Below are positions 10,585 to 23,604 of a DNA stretch of 64,000 nt, in pieces. The stretch comes from Octopus vulgaris. Taxonomy: Eukaryota. The first letter of the stretch is position 1; every line of letters begins with the position of its first letter. The notes below the pieces were generated by a model that worked only from the letters and a program-made list of their open reading frames with translations, was not told the DNA's origin and did not search any database. The stretch lies in contig OX597815.1 of NCBI GenBank assembly GCA_951406725.2, positions 32,674,001-32,738,000 on the forward strand, in the 5' to 3' direction. The translations under genes were made by a program, and so were the position numbers.

Positions 10585-11430
10585 CACCAATGGTTATGAA
10601 GCTCAGGGCTAAAAGCAGAGAGTGAAAGTTTAATATTAGCTGCTCAAGACCAAAGCTTATTAACCCGGAACTACCAAGCCAATGTAATAAAAAATGGAGC
10701 TGACCCAAAATACCGATTCTGTACGAGATTGAAACTATAGACCACCTAATCTCAGTCTTAGCACCTGTAGAATATAAAGCAAGACATGACAGAGTTGGCC
10801 AGTATTTACACTGGACAATATGTCGGCATTATAAAATCAAAACCGCTGACAAATGGTATAAACACCCTCCTGAAGCTGTGACTGAGGGAGAAAATGTATC
10901 GATTCTCTGGAACTTGCCCGTACATAACGACAAAACTATAAAAGCTAATAAACCGGATATTATTCTAAAATATCAAACAAAAAAGGTGTGTTTATTAATT
11001 GACATGAGTATTCCTTGCAATCACAATATAGTGGTGAACAAATTTGACAAGATCAGTAAATATAAAGACTTGCTAATAGAAATTGAAAAAATGTGGCATC
11101 TCAAGGCGACTACAGTACCAGTGATTGTAGGATCTCTAGGAATGATAAAAAAAAGGTACTGAAACCTATTTGAAAATGATACCAGGGTTACCATCCCTAC
11201 AGGAAGTGCAAAAAATCATGTTAACTGGAACAATTCATGTACTGAGAAGACCATTATCGCTGTGAAAACAACATCCATTCATGAATTTATTTATTTATTA
11301 ATTTTTTAAATACATATTTTACCAGTGAATTTGCGTGTGTAATCTGGGAATGCATACAATGAGCTTCTCTGCCCTAGGTGTATGGAAGACACTTGGCGAG
11401 AAACAGAAGAAAATTTGAAGAAAGAAGGAA
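10583..11430 (+). mobile_element. 5'-truncated R4/Dong-like LINE (restriction-like endonuclease domain, frameshifted)
   Basis: ETIDHL, RHDRVGQYLHW, ANKPDII..LLIDMSIP, KYKDL..E, VPVIVGSLG motifs; flanked on both sides by (TAA)n. Confidence 0.88.
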
Positions 11431-11467
<37 letters not shown>

Positions 11468-11518
11468 GCAATAACAATAATAATAATAATAACAACCACA
11501 ACAACAACAATGATGATG

Positions 11519-11579
<61 letters not shown>

Positions 11580-11590
11580 GTAATAATAAA
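11431..11590. repeat. (AAT)n compound microsatellite
   Basis: Visible run. Confidence 0.95.
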
Positions 11591-12049
11591 ATTTTAAAAC
11601 GTAATCTAACAGAACTCATCTAGAAAATGGATGTAAAAGAATAACTTTCTTGAAAATCAAGAGGTTTTGAGGAGTCAATGCTCAACTCTAGTTGCTATAG
11701 CATTAAGTAAATGTCAATGAAAGCTTCTCCAGGATGGGACAACAGCCTGTAGCAAGTAGCTCTTCCAGTGATTAGAATTGAACTTGGCACAGTATTTATC
11801 CACATTGAAACTACTTACGATGATATAAGTTGCACTTCCTAAGAACTCAGTCATTGAGAGCAAAGTAATGAGACTACAAACTACAACATAGCAACAATGT
11901 AAGAATAAGAACTGCCAACTTCTTAGCGGGTTGTTCAGTACTCAATCCACTTAGCAATCTATATTTCTGTATAAAAGAACCAAAGAATAAAAATCTATAC
12001 CAGAAGTGAAAAGACTTCCATTCATGTCTAGGCTGTATGATACGAATAG

Positions 12050-12210
12050 CAACCAGCCTCAGTATTTGATTGATACTTTATTTTGTTGACATCAGCAGGA
12101 TGTAAAACAAAGTTGACTGCATCAGAACTAGAACTCAGTTTGTAAAATGCCATAATTAAATATTGCAAAGCATTTTATTCAATGCTCTAATGATTCTGCC
12201 ACTCCATCAT
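12050..12210 (-). mobile_element. Family C SINE, decayed
   Basis: gatactttattttgttgac...ggatgtaaaacaaagttgac...gattctgcca. Confidence 0.55.
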
Positions 12211-12295
12211 TTGTAGATGCTTTGTTTAGCATTCAATCTTCCACTCTAACATAGGTGGGATGTTGTTTTGTAGACAATAGGCTACATATATTGTT

Positions 12296-12740
12296 TATCT
12301 TTTTATCTTTTACTTGTTTCAGTCATCTGACTGTGGCCATGCTGGGCCATGCCTTGAAGGGTTTTTGTAAAACAAATTGACCCCAGGACTTCTTTTTTTT
12401 AAAGCTCGGTACTTATTCTATTGTTCTGTTTTGCCAAACTGCTAAGTTATGGGAGATGTAAACACACCAAAATCAGTTGTCAAGCAGTGGTGGAAGACAA
12501 ACATGGACACAAAAACACACACACACACACATAGATACACACACGTGTGTGTGTGTGTACATACAAATATATATATACACAACCAGCTTCTTTCAGTTTC
12601 TATCTACCAAATCCACTCACAAGGCTTTGCTCAACCTGAGACTATATTAGAAGACACTTGCCTAAGGTGCCATGCCGTGGAAATGAACCTGGAACCATGT
12701 GGTTGGGAACCAGGCTTCTTACTACACAGCCATACCTGTA
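12296..12740 (-). mobile_element. Family A SINE
   Basis: Full alignment to other copies. Confidence 0.88.
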
Positions 12741-12761
12741 TATGTGTATATATATATGTAT

Positions 12762-12762
<1 letters not shown>

Positions 12763-12812
<50 letters not shown>

Positions 12813-12835
12813 GGCAGACAGACAGACAGATAGAC

Positions 12836-12897
<62 letters not shown>

Positions 12898-12903
12898 GTA
12901 GAT
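12763..12903. repeat. (GACA)n(GATA)n microsatellite
   Basis: Visible run. Confidence 0.95.
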
Positions 12904-13339
12904 GTGAAAACTAACTTAAGACTGATTTGAGTGTGTGTTGTCAAATCACACGAGTTTGTGTGAATTGGAACCAGTCATTCATTCATTACTGATACCTTCT
13001 AAATTCTGCAATGCAAACCAAAGAGATACCTAGTAATTCTATTGTTTGCTATGGTAAATTATGCCATACTGTAATATCATCAACAGCTAAGCATCTCATC
13101 AACATTTACAACACAATGCCAGTGATAGGTGTGGGCCCCTGATTTTTTTGTTGCGTTTGTGTTGTACCCTACAAACTTGACCATCTATTTTCTCTAATTA
13201 TGCAAATGTGTGTAACTGAAGTCAGTTAACTAATTTTGTAGTCACTGGTTTGGTCTTTATGCTATGCCTTTTAGCAAGACACAATTTTATGATTGCCTCA
13301 GTTTGCTTTGTCAGAGTTACTTCCTCTCTAGTTGACTGG

Positions 13340-13362
13340 TTAGTTATAGGAGATGCAGTCAA
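13340..13362 (-). CDS. Candidate terminal exon, coding part (V)DCISYN*
   Basis: Acceptor with a long T tract then acag ending at 13363; phase-1 join to 14778 reaches TAA; unique sequence follows as a possible 3' UTR. Confidence 0.28.
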
Positions 13363-14777
13363 CTGTAAAAAAAAAAAGGCCCTCTCAAACATTATGTAAA
13401 TGTGAGAGCTAGTAGATAATAGATGTAGGGGTAAATATGTTAATAATAGCAACAAAAATGAAAATTGTTAAAAACAGGAAGAACCAATCAACCCTTAAAG
13501 AGTTTTAAAAAAAACATATTTAATGTTTTCTATATTTTTGTTGTCAACCATATAGCTAACACTAGTCTACTAAAATCATTGTTATTCTCGTGACAGTTGC
13601 CTGAATAATATCAGTCACACAGTATGTTGCACTACCTAACACCTGCAATAGTTTAATATGGCAATCATTTGATGAGAATACTGTTTACAGATGGATGTTT
13701 AATCTCTGTAATCTTGTCATATCCATTAGGAAGAAAATCTTTCTTTTGTTTAGGCACAAGGCTGATTTTTGTTGAAGAATGAATGAATTAACTCAAGCAA
13801 ATAGCAAGTACTTATTTTATTGACCCTAGAGGGATAACAGTTGACCCCAGTAACATTTAGTCATAGTGTATCGTGACAAAAATAAATGCTTTATTTAGTT
13901 TAATGCTTTGCTGTATCAACTGTACACACAGCCTACTTTTGGGAGAAAATATTGATTTCATATATAGGTATAAAGCCTCGGACCTATGTAGGGGGTGAAT
14001 TGATTTTATGAAGCAATATAGAATGAGTAGAATTGCTACAATTGGGAATCAAATTTGAGTCATACACTTAACTTAAGGTCAGAGCCTTACCTTTGCTCTA
14101 TTGTGTTAGCCACTTAAACCGATATTGTGATATTGTACCATATTCATGCTTTAGTCAACACATTAGCAAAGTGAAATGGTTTTAACTAGGAATCCAAACT
14201 TGTGACAGCCTCGTTGATCTAAAAGGAGATACTGGTATATTTTGCTGACGCACAAAGGCCCTTTTAAATAATGCTAAATGGATACAGGAAATTGAGAGTC
14301 TAATGTTTTTTCTGAGGGCATAAAAGAGATAAAATAAGCCCAAATGAAAACTGGGTTACAGATCCACCAAGCTAGAAGTCTACCTCTATTCTCTAGCATT
14401 CCTTACTCTTGTATGAAAATAAATTTTGTATGTAAATAAATACAAATCTTGAAAAACCCTAGCTTACACATTGTCATGTTTGTTTATTTTTTACTCTATA
14501 TTTATCTATTTATTTTTAAATTATGCTTTGCGACAGGACACTAACTAGAAACTAGAGCAGAAACTAATTACTTATAAAAGGAATTAAATAGCCAAAAGGT
14601 ACTATCTGTATTTATAATATACTACTTTTTATTCTTTCTTTTCTCATCCTCCCCCTACACTTTTTCTTTTGTTCTTTTCTTCTCCTTCATTTCAATATTA
14701 CTTGCCTTAACTTCACTGTAAAATATTCTCATAAAGCATTGAAGAGTGAATAAAAGAGACTGAAATGACCTACTTAC

Positions 14778-14848
14778 CTGGCTGACTTGAAAACCAATTT
14801 ACAATCATGTCATAGTCACCAAAATTGCACCTTTTATGACAATTTGTT
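14778..14848 (-). CDS. Candidate internal exon, 71 bp, TNCHKRCNFGDYDMIVNWFSSQP
   Basis: tttctcatttag acceptor and CAG|gtaagta donor; one open frame, phase 2 to phase 1. Confidence 0.42.
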
Positions 14849-15151
14849 CTAAATGAGAAATATTGTTTACATTTCAAACAGTCATTATAATACGTATATT
14901 GTTAGTAAAAAGAACAGCAAATCAAAAACAGGAAATAGCACAGAACTTTCTTTTTGAACACAACAAAGATGTTGCTCTATTTATAGAAAGGAAGGGAAAT
15001 GTTTTAAACTCAGGGGCAAATTACATGTACCAAAGAACCTGAGGGATGCATCTGTGTTGATTGGCATCAGGAAAGAGCACCCAGCCATAGAAACCATGCC
15101 AAGCAGACAATGGGATATAATGCAGCTCTGTAACTTGGATCCAGTCAAACC

Positions 15152-15379
15152 TATTTCTTTATTACCCACAAGGGGCTAAACACAGAGGGGACAAACAAGG
15201 ACAGACATAGGTATTAAGTCGATTACATCTACCCCAGTGTGTAACTGGTACTTAATTTATCGACCCCAAAAGGATGAAAGGCAAAGTCGACCTCGGCGGA
15301 ATTTGAACTCACAACGTAATGCAGACGAAATACCGCTAAGCATTTCGCCCGGCGTGCTAACGTTTCTGCCAGCTCGCCA
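15152..15379 (-). mobile_element. Family C SINE inserted in a family B copy (15050-15430), 11-bp TSD
   Basis: TSD ccagtcaaacc at 15141-15151 and 15380-15390. Confidence 0.9.
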
Positions 15380-15436
15380 CCAGTCAAACCATCTGACCGA
15401 TGCCAATATAGAAGACAAATTTTAAATAATGATACA

Positions 15437-16240
15437 TAGGTGCAGGAGTGGCTGTGTGGTAAGAAGCCTGCTTCCCAACCATATGGTTCTGGGCAAGTGT
15501 CTTCTATTATAGCCTCAGACTTGACCAAAGCCTTGTGAGTGGATTTGGTAGACAGAAACTGAAAGAAGCCTATTATTTGTGTGTGTGTGTGTGTGTGTGT
15601 GTGTATCTATTTAAAGTTAGCACAAGGCATTAGGATGCGGAAATAGCATCGACTTGTTTAGAAATAGGAGCTAAATTCTTAATTCAACCACCGGAAAGCA
15701 CCAAATAACAGAAAAACAATGGAAAAACCACTTTCCAGTGGTTGAATTAGGAATTTAGCTCATATTTCTAAACAGGTCAATGGTGTTTCTGCATCCTCAT
15801 GCCTTGTACTAACTTAAAATTTTATAGGTATATAATGCTATTAGACCTATTGAACCAATAATATTACTGCGGTTAATATTTTTATTTAAAAATATTGAAT
15901 GCAGATGATATTAACAGTAGTGATATCTTACCTCGTGTGTGAATACTCAAATGTTTTTGCATACACACATATATATATATATATATACATATATATATGT
16001 ATGTATATATGTCTATGTGTGTCTGTGTCTTTGTGTGTGTTTGCCCTCCACCACTGCTGGACAACTGGTGTTGGTGTGTTTATGTCCCTGTGACTTAGCA
16101 GTTTGGCAAAAGAGGCTGATAGAATAAGTATCAGGCTTAGAAAATATAAAAAAAGTACTGGGGTTGATTCATTCAACTATAACTCTCCAAGGCAGTGCCC
16201 CAGCATGGTCACAGTCTAATGACAGAAGCAAATAAAAAGG
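15437..16240 (+). mobile_element. Family A SINE split at its microsatellite by a ~360-bp foldback insert
   Basis: 5' half 15437-15575, 3' half about 15965-16240. Confidence 0.8.
15610..15818. repeat. Foldback repeat with ~88-bp arms
   Basis: 15610-15698 is the imperfect reverse complement of 15731-15818. Confidence 0.85.
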
Positions 16241-16496
16241 TAGAGATAGAGAAGGAGGAAGGAAGAGAGAGAGAGAGAAGGGGAAGAGGGGGAAGAGAGA
16301 GGTGGAGAGGGAAAGGAAAAAAAGGAAAGAGAGCAGGAAGAGAGAGAGAGAGAAGGGTCCTTTTTCTTTAAGTTTTATTTAGTAATAGGAAAAGTGTATA
16401 TAAACAATAAATGGATGATTAATATTTTCAGGTTATATTTTGCTTAGAGATGAATGATCAAATATTTTATGAGAATAGTAAAAATGTTATGTTTAT

Positions 16497-16905
16497 GAAT
16501 TCGTTTTGCAAGATTCCTGATGTGAAATTGTGTATTGAAACAGATATTGTTGTATTTTGGGATGGTCACTTTTTTTTTTTTTTACCAAATAAACGCATGC
16601 ACTAAATATTCATTCTTCACTTGTTTGTTACTGTTCTTATTCTAACTTATGTCTGTTGTCCAGAAATCTTTTGTCACACATCTGTGACCTCTTCAGCAAC
16701 ACTTACTCTATTCTAAGAACAGAATAGAGTAAGTGGAGCAAGAACACATGAAAACGAAAAGTGTTGCTGAAGAGGTCACAGATGTGTGATGAAAGATTTC
16801 CGGACAATGGACATGAGTTAGAATAATAAAATATAAACAGTAATAAATGAGTGAAGAGAAAATAGATAGTGCATATGTTTATTTGGCAAAAAAAGAATGA
16901 CCATT
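16497..16905. mobile_element. Penelope-like foldback remnant with a hammerhead core in each arm
   Basis: Arms 16562-16704 and 16759-16905; CTGAAGA-GGTCACA-gatg-TGTGAT-GAAA on plus, mirrored (decayed) on minus. Confidence 0.7.
16762..16806 (+). ncRNA. Minimal hammerhead-like ribozyme motif
   Basis: CTGAAGA 16767-16773, stem II GTCACA/TGTGAT, GAAA 16791-16794, GATTTC; stem I weak. Confidence 0.6.
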
Positions 16906-18077
16906 CTATAATAATAATAATGAAATTATTGTATACAGTGCTCAGCTGCACCACAACTTGTCTGAAAACCAGCAGTAAAAATGTTTCATCATATTTAATC
17001 ACAATTTATATATTTATACATTTATATATTTATTCAATTAGCAGAAATGGTAAAGTACCAAATATAATAAAGAAAATTCTTCAATCCATAGGAATTGGTG
17101 AGGGTTTGCAATGGCAGCAATAAATCTAAAGAAATGTAGGTAAAAGTTTAATTGCTGTGAGGAAAAGAAGATTTTACATTTCATGTTCTTGTCCATTGAC
17201 TGGGAGGAGAAAGAGATGAAAAAGTTGTTTGCTTCATGAACAACAGAGGAAGTGAATAGCAACCTGAAATAAGTACAAGTGTTCAATGTTAAGTGAGATA
17301 AAGAATAAAAGAAAAAAGCAGGTACTATTTAAGTTTGTGGTGTATGTTATGCATAGAAAGTTATGAGTAGGGCATTGGGAGAATAAAAGAATTGCAGACT
17401 ATGCTGTCAAATAAACTGCTGCAAAGTAGGTGTGTGTGGGTTAGTGGGTGGGGGGATGATGAGTAATATTTACTGCAGTTTTGACTTTGAGAAAAAAATA
17501 TGTATTACAAATGTTTACTACCTGACAAAGATTATATCAGCTAAGTAAATGACCTTCTCCAAATGCTTCAAAAACATTATAACATATGAAGAAACTCTAT
17601 TTCAGAAAATTATCTCCATTCTCTTTGAGCATATAAAAGAAAAATTTATGAGGGACAAAATGAGTAGGACAAAATATGGTAAATTTTCCTCTTCAGTTCT
17701 CCAGAATTACATTTGAAAAAAGACTCATACACATCAGTATCCATCTTTAGATGTCAGAAAAGTCAGAAATGCAACAAAAATTAAAAATATCTTGGGCAAA
17801 TGAAAGAGGTTCATGGAGAAATGGTAAAAGATATGAAATTAACGAAACTCAACTAAATCTAAAAACACTGCATAAGATATTCTCTGTAGCATCTTCACCA
17901 TCTGCTGGAGTGGCTCACTTCCTGATATATTTATACACCGTGCAGTTAAAGAGAAGAGATTGTTAAAATTAGTCATAGCTCATTTTACCCCACTTTAGAC
18001 ATAATTTTTGAAAATATAATTGATTCACAATTTGTTTTCTACAGCTATTTCAATGGAGTAAAAACATTTATCCTTTA

Positions 18078-18130
18078 CACCACCACCACCACCACCACCA
18101 CCACCACCATCATCATCACCATCATCATCA

Positions 18131-18197
<67 letters not shown>

Positions 18198-18212
18198 TAC
18201 TACTACTATTAT
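18078..18212. repeat. (CAC)(CAT)(TAT) compound microsatellite
   Basis: Visible runs. Confidence 0.9.
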
Positions 18213-18402
18213 TTAGCACCTGTTTTCCATGCTAGCATGGGTAAGATGGTTTGGCTGGGGTTGGTAAGCTTTGAGAGCAGCACCAGGTTCCAATCTATTT
18301 CAGCTTGGTTTTTATGGCTGGATGCCCTTCCTAATACCAACCACTCCACAAAGTATAGTAGGTGTATTTTATGTGTCACCAGCATGGATACTTTTTATGT
18401 GT
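18213..18402 (-). mobile_element. Family B SINE-like
   Basis: ttccatgctagcatgg...ggctggatgcccttcctaat. Confidence 0.8.
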
Positions 18403-19952
18403 TATCATCATTGTGTAAATTAACACACAATTCATTTAAATGAAATTCATATTTCATTAATTATGATGATATTTTATCCCATTGATACAACTATCAAAAG
18501 CAATTTAAATTTATGCATTTCTGCTGTTTTCAGTTCTAAATATATTTGTTTTTAAAAAGCAGTATGCATCAACTTTCTGTGTGGGCCACATATGTTAACT
18601 CGTGTTGCTTTATAAATATAAGTGATACAAATATATCTTTATAAATACATCTCAGTATTAAATACTGAATATTTTTTGATACCTTTGATATTATTTATCA
18701 ACCATGTTGCATTACACACACACAGTACGTATGTATATATGTATGTATGCATGCATGTATATATGTACAAACATCACACATACAAATACAGAAATGTAAA
18801 CACAAACTGAGGCATAAAAAATAATATGTGTATGTATAATATTGTTGTTGTCACTGTAGGCCATTGTAATATTTAACACTAGAGAAGCTCCAAATAATCA
18901 GATAACAATGCATATTTTCTTAATGTTATTGGAGAAAGTTTTTGAGTGGTTGATTGTTCATTGTGTTGATAATGAGGCATTATCTACTGCTAGTAATTTT
19001 AGACAAGAAATCCATTACCACTGTCCTGTTATTTAGTGAACAACTAGAATCTAGGGACTTGTGTGAAATAAAAGAATCATTGTATCAGCTCCATATCTGA
19101 AATTGTTATCAGTAGCCATTCTACATTTAATATCAGAACAGACACAACTGTTTTCAGTTTTGTGATTCTCACAATGGTATTCTCTTACTTTTATCATTCT
19201 TATTTCTTTTCTGTCAGCTCTCCTTTTACTCTTTTATATATATTCCTTTGCCCTGTTTTATCCTTCTGTGTTCTATTACACACACACACACACACATATA
19301 CTTACTCTGGAGTCACCCCATGTTTCTCCAGTTTATTGTAATGCATTTTTCAGTTTGCACTGGTTTCCTCAGCTTGCTCACTTTGCCCTGTCAACCAAAT
19401 ATTTCTTTACACAAATACCTAATCCACATGATTTGTTTTTTTTTTTGTTTGCTTGTTTCTTTTATGTTTTTATTTCCATCCTCTTTTCCTTCACATTTAT
19501 TAAATGTTTCATTACCAATCATCACATTATCTTCCTACTTCCTTGTTTGTTCCACTCTAACCATCATTACCATTGTCCTTGCTGTCTGCATTATCATCAC
19601 CATCATCATCATTGTCATCATTTCCATCACTATCTTCACTATTCTCTTCATCATCGTTGTCCTCATTGCATCATCATCATCATCATCATCACCTTCATCA
19701 TATTTGCCATCTTCATTGTTGTCATCGTTGGTGGCAATGTCAGCAACAGTGGAGTCATCATTATCATCATCATCATCATTGTTGTATTTATTCTTCACAC
19801 TGTGTTCAACTCATGCTGAGGCCCACCATCCAGAAACCAGAGACAAGACATAACTGACGTGCTTCAATTACATCAGCTATAATGACGTAAACATTTTGAT
19901 ATCTTATGCATATGTGTATATTTGTGCGCACATGTATACATACTCACAAATA

Positions 19953-20167
19953 GTCGGGTACTGAAAAGTTTCTGACTTTTAGGGTACCATGAAAGGCTTT
20001 GTTGAAGGCCCAAACTTCCACGTTCTTTTACAAGGATTAGAAAACTGAAGGAACACTGCAATAAGTGTATGAATCTGACAGGGGAACATATTGAATAAAA
20101 TCATAATTAACTGATCCTCCTGTATTTTTTTTACCAAAAACCAAGAACTTTTCATTACCCCCTTGTA
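19953..20167. mobile_element. Mariner-derived MITE, decayed
   Basis: Imperfect TIRs gggtactgaaaagtt / aacttttcattaccc. Confidence 0.55.
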
Positions 20168-20315
20168 CACACACACACACATACACACATATATTAGAAG
20201 GTTTGGATATGATGTACAGGTATTATGTATTAGAAGAAATAAGGTACTCAGAAATCTGGATGGTTTTATATTTACAGATATTTATTAATATGTCACATGT
20301 TTTTATAAATCATAC

Positions 20316-20354
20316 ATTAGCGCTTGCATCCACTCAAGTGGAGTCTTCAGATTG
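20316..20354 (-). ncRNA. Degenerate hammerhead-like motif in a probable Penelope pLTR remnant (20192-20450)
   Basis: Minus strand CTGAAGA C TCCAC-ttga-GTGGA T GCAA GCGC TA; GAAA replaced by GCAA; AATAAA downstream. Confidence 0.4.
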
Positions 20355-20534
20355 AATTTTTTCAGGAGATTTGTCTCTTTTTATAGTATTATTGAGTGTG
20401 TAGGGGTGGAGAGAGATATAAGATAGTAAAAGAGGGTGAGGAATTAGGAGAATGTGTCCTCATCAGTGTCCTCATTGTGACTTCATAGCAAAATTCATTC
20501 CTGGACTCAAATTACATTCACACAGCCATCGCAA

Positions 20535-20792
20535 TCATCATTCATCATTGTTCGACCGTGGTCGAGACAATGGAATTTACTATGTCACGCCAGACTTCAC
20601 GGTCCATCATAGCATTACGGAGGTCCTGTTGCTGGATGCCTGTATCCCTGGAGATTACATCAGGGTAGGAGAGTGTGCGCCCTCTGGTATTGCGAGTAGA
20701 TGGCTTCCAGAGGAGAAGAGTAGAAATTACTTCTTTTTCAGCTCTACAACAATGTCCAGCAAACTGGACTCTCCAACCCTTCACAAGAGATG
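20535..20792 (-). mobile_element. RTE-like LINE 3' end
   Basis: WRVQFAGHCCR..LLLWKP..RGR..DREVWR typical of an RTE-clade C-terminus; short (TGA) tail. Confidence 0.75.
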
Positions 20793-20974
20793 ACACAGGT
20801 GGTAATTTCCCATATATTTGCATTTTGGTTGGATTGCAAATAGATGCAACTTCTATTATTTTTAAAACTTTTTATTTTAAATCCTCTCCTATGAACAGTC
20901 ATACAATGAAATCGATGGGAGTAAACACCACCACCACCACCATCATCATTATCATCAACATCATTACTCTTTGT

Positions 20975-21370
20975 ATTTTACTTCTCAGAGCTCTCAATTT
21001 TATTTGCTCCAGTTAATTCTGTAAGAGTAGACAGCAGCCTGATATCAAAGGCCTCACAGGGTCTCTTTCTATGGCACCCACGTACCAATCTCAAAATTCT
21101 TGCTGCCACCGAGAGAGCAGTTTTTGAGCATGTTCTCACCAACATATTTCTAAAAACTTGGTTGATAGTGCTCTGAGTACCCCTACAGCTATTGGGATGA
21201 CAGTTACTTTTTTCATTGTCCACATTCTTGCAATTTCATCTTTTAGTAACTTATATTTTCCCATCTTCTCCAACTCTTTGTCATGTATGCATCCTCAGGT
21301 TTGGCAATATCTATAATCTTGGTTTACTTCTTTCTTTTATTCACTACTACGACGTCTGGTCTCTGAGCAT
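20975..21370 (-). mobile_element. R4/Dong-like LINE 3' remnant
   Basis: Minus-strand fragments IIDIA, EIARMW, VIPIAVG, KTAL...ARILR. Confidence 0.65.
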
Positions 21371-21388
21371 CAATTATTGTTATCATTA

Positions 21389-21817
21389 AGGTGGTGAGCT
21401 GGTAGAATCATAAGCACACTGGGAAAAATGCTTAGTGCCATTTTGTCCATCTTTATGTCCTGTGTTCAAGTACTGCTGAGGTTGATTTTCATCCTTTTGG
21501 GGTTGGTAAATAAGTACCAGTTGAGCACTGCGGTTGGTTTAATTAACTTGGTTGCTTTTCCAAAACTGCTGGCTTTGTGCCAAAATTTGAAACCATTATT
21601 ATTTAGACAGTGAGCTGGCAGAATCGTTAGCATGCCAGGCAAAATGCTCTGTGGCATTTCATCTGTCTGTGTGTTCTGAGTTCAAATTCCACCAGGGTCA
21701 ATTTTGCCTTTCATCCTTTAAGGGCCGATAAATTAAGTAACAGTGGAACACTGGGGTCAATGTAATCGACTATCCTCTTCCCCCAAATTCAGGCTTTGTG
21801 CCTATAGTAGAAAGAAT
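21389..21817 (+). mobile_element. Two tandem family C SINEs (21389-21597, 21606-21817)
   Basis: Each starts gtgagctgg(c/t)agaatc and carries the tttcatcctt core. Confidence 0.85.
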
Positions 21818-21827
21818 TATTATTATT

Positions 21828-22230
21828 ATTGAGTGAGAGAGCAGTGCATGCCATCAAAGTGACACTGGTGTAAATTATACGAAGCCCAGTATACCCATTA
21901 TGACTACTCGTCTGATAAGGTACATGCATCACAGCCATATGTGTGTGACATGGTGATCACATCTCATGATTAACAGTGCATGACCTAGCAGGTGGGGTCC
22001 AGTTTGAATTTTCTTCAGGTCGAGGAGCCCATCCTGCTCAAAAGGTCCCTGAATAAGGGTTGTTTAAGGATGTTGAAAGAAACACCTATGTTTCCAGAGA
22101 TGAATTATCCAAACCCCAAAGAATTCCTCTCAACACATAGCTATGATGCTCCCCCACTACTTCTGCTTGTGACCAGCCACTAAGTAACATGCTCAACTGG
22201 TTATGGTCAAACAACTGACAAACAAATATT
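21828..22230 (-). mobile_element. Family F repeat, 3' part
   Basis: Reverse complement matches 26700-27085 and 45100-45142; (AAT)n tail. Confidence 0.85.
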
Positions 22231-23329
22231 CCTTTCCCCACGGTAACTATATTCATTTAAACAAGTACATATCCTCTTGGTTTAGTTGAGAGTCTCTCAA
22301 CAAAACACTTCACAATGACACCACAATTAAACTCCTGGTACTTAATGTAATATACTAGTTATACTCTATTAAGCATAATGAGTAGTCTTGTATAATGAAT
22401 GACATTATAATATACTTTCTATATAGTCAGATTTCAAACATAACATTTGATAAATATATGAAGCTACTTCGACATACATTTTGGATAACTGTTACACTTA
22501 TATATGTATAACATTAAAGTATAAATAATGCTCAAATACGAATTTGGTGAATTGACAGAGTTGTCAGAATGTTGAATTGAATGCCTTAATGTCCTGTGGT
22601 AGTTGTTCAGCCTCTCTGTGCTTTGAGAAGGAAGGTGTAATGGCAAACTCGGTAGTGGGATGATGGAAATTCTATGGTGTAAAAAAAAAAATCAAGCAGT
22701 GTTTCAATTCTGTGTGAGTATATGTGTGGTGTGTGTATGTAAAAGGGAGGTGTGTATGTGTGTGTGTGTGTGCAATGGAAGTGGGAGGGTGAACATTTAA
22801 AGCTGGAAAGAAAAATCAAACAGCGTTTCAACTCTGTGTGAGTATATGTGTGTATCTGTAGGCGTGTACAAGGGAAGTATATGAATGTATGTGTGAACCA
22901 GCATTCTTTCAGTAACAAATGATTAATGAGGTCATATCTCAAAAGACAACCACTAGATAACATTGACAAGTGCATTAATTTGATTTACCATCCATATTCA
23001 ATCTGTTTTTGTTAAAAATAATTATTACAATCACAAACACCTACACAAACATATACAAACTCATTAGAGAAAATAATTATTGCCTGAGTGTATCAAGAAT
23101 ATAAAACAACTGCAGTTGAAAGGTATATTATAAATTTGGTAAGAAAAGAATTATTAAACTAAAAACTTGGTTTTATAACTTATTTATGTATAAAATACTA
23201 CAATTAGCTGTCATTTTTGACTGCACAAGGCCAGCTAGTTAAATCATAATACTAAAGCTTGTAAGTATACATGTACAACATTAATGTATAACACTAAATT
23301 ATGTTAGCATATATGTATAACATTGATGT

Positions 23330-23538
23330 TTACTCCTTTAGTATTTTCATTATTCTGTCAAATATAATGCTATTAATCCTGAATTATCTTGTAACTTGGA
23401 GATTTTGATGAGGTAACTATTTTTATTTCTAGAATGAAATTGTAGGGTAGGTGTGAAAGACCAGATCTGGCCCATTTAAACATAAAGCAGGTAGAATATT
23501 TTGGTAGGATACAGCCAGTTTAAGTGCCAAAGAGTTAA
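23330..23538. mobile_element. Decayed piggyBac-like MITE
   Basis: Imperfect ends ttactcctttag / ccaaagagttaa, TTAA on the right. Confidence 0.45.
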
Positions 23539-23604
23539 TATAAAAGTAGGTAAGTACATGTATGTATAAAATTAAAGGATAATATTAAAGTATGTATATA
23601 TATA

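Noticed and set aside
19248-19857. Longest ORFs (201 and 183 aa)
   Set aside because: Low-complexity (CAT)n-derived sequence open in several frames; no domain.
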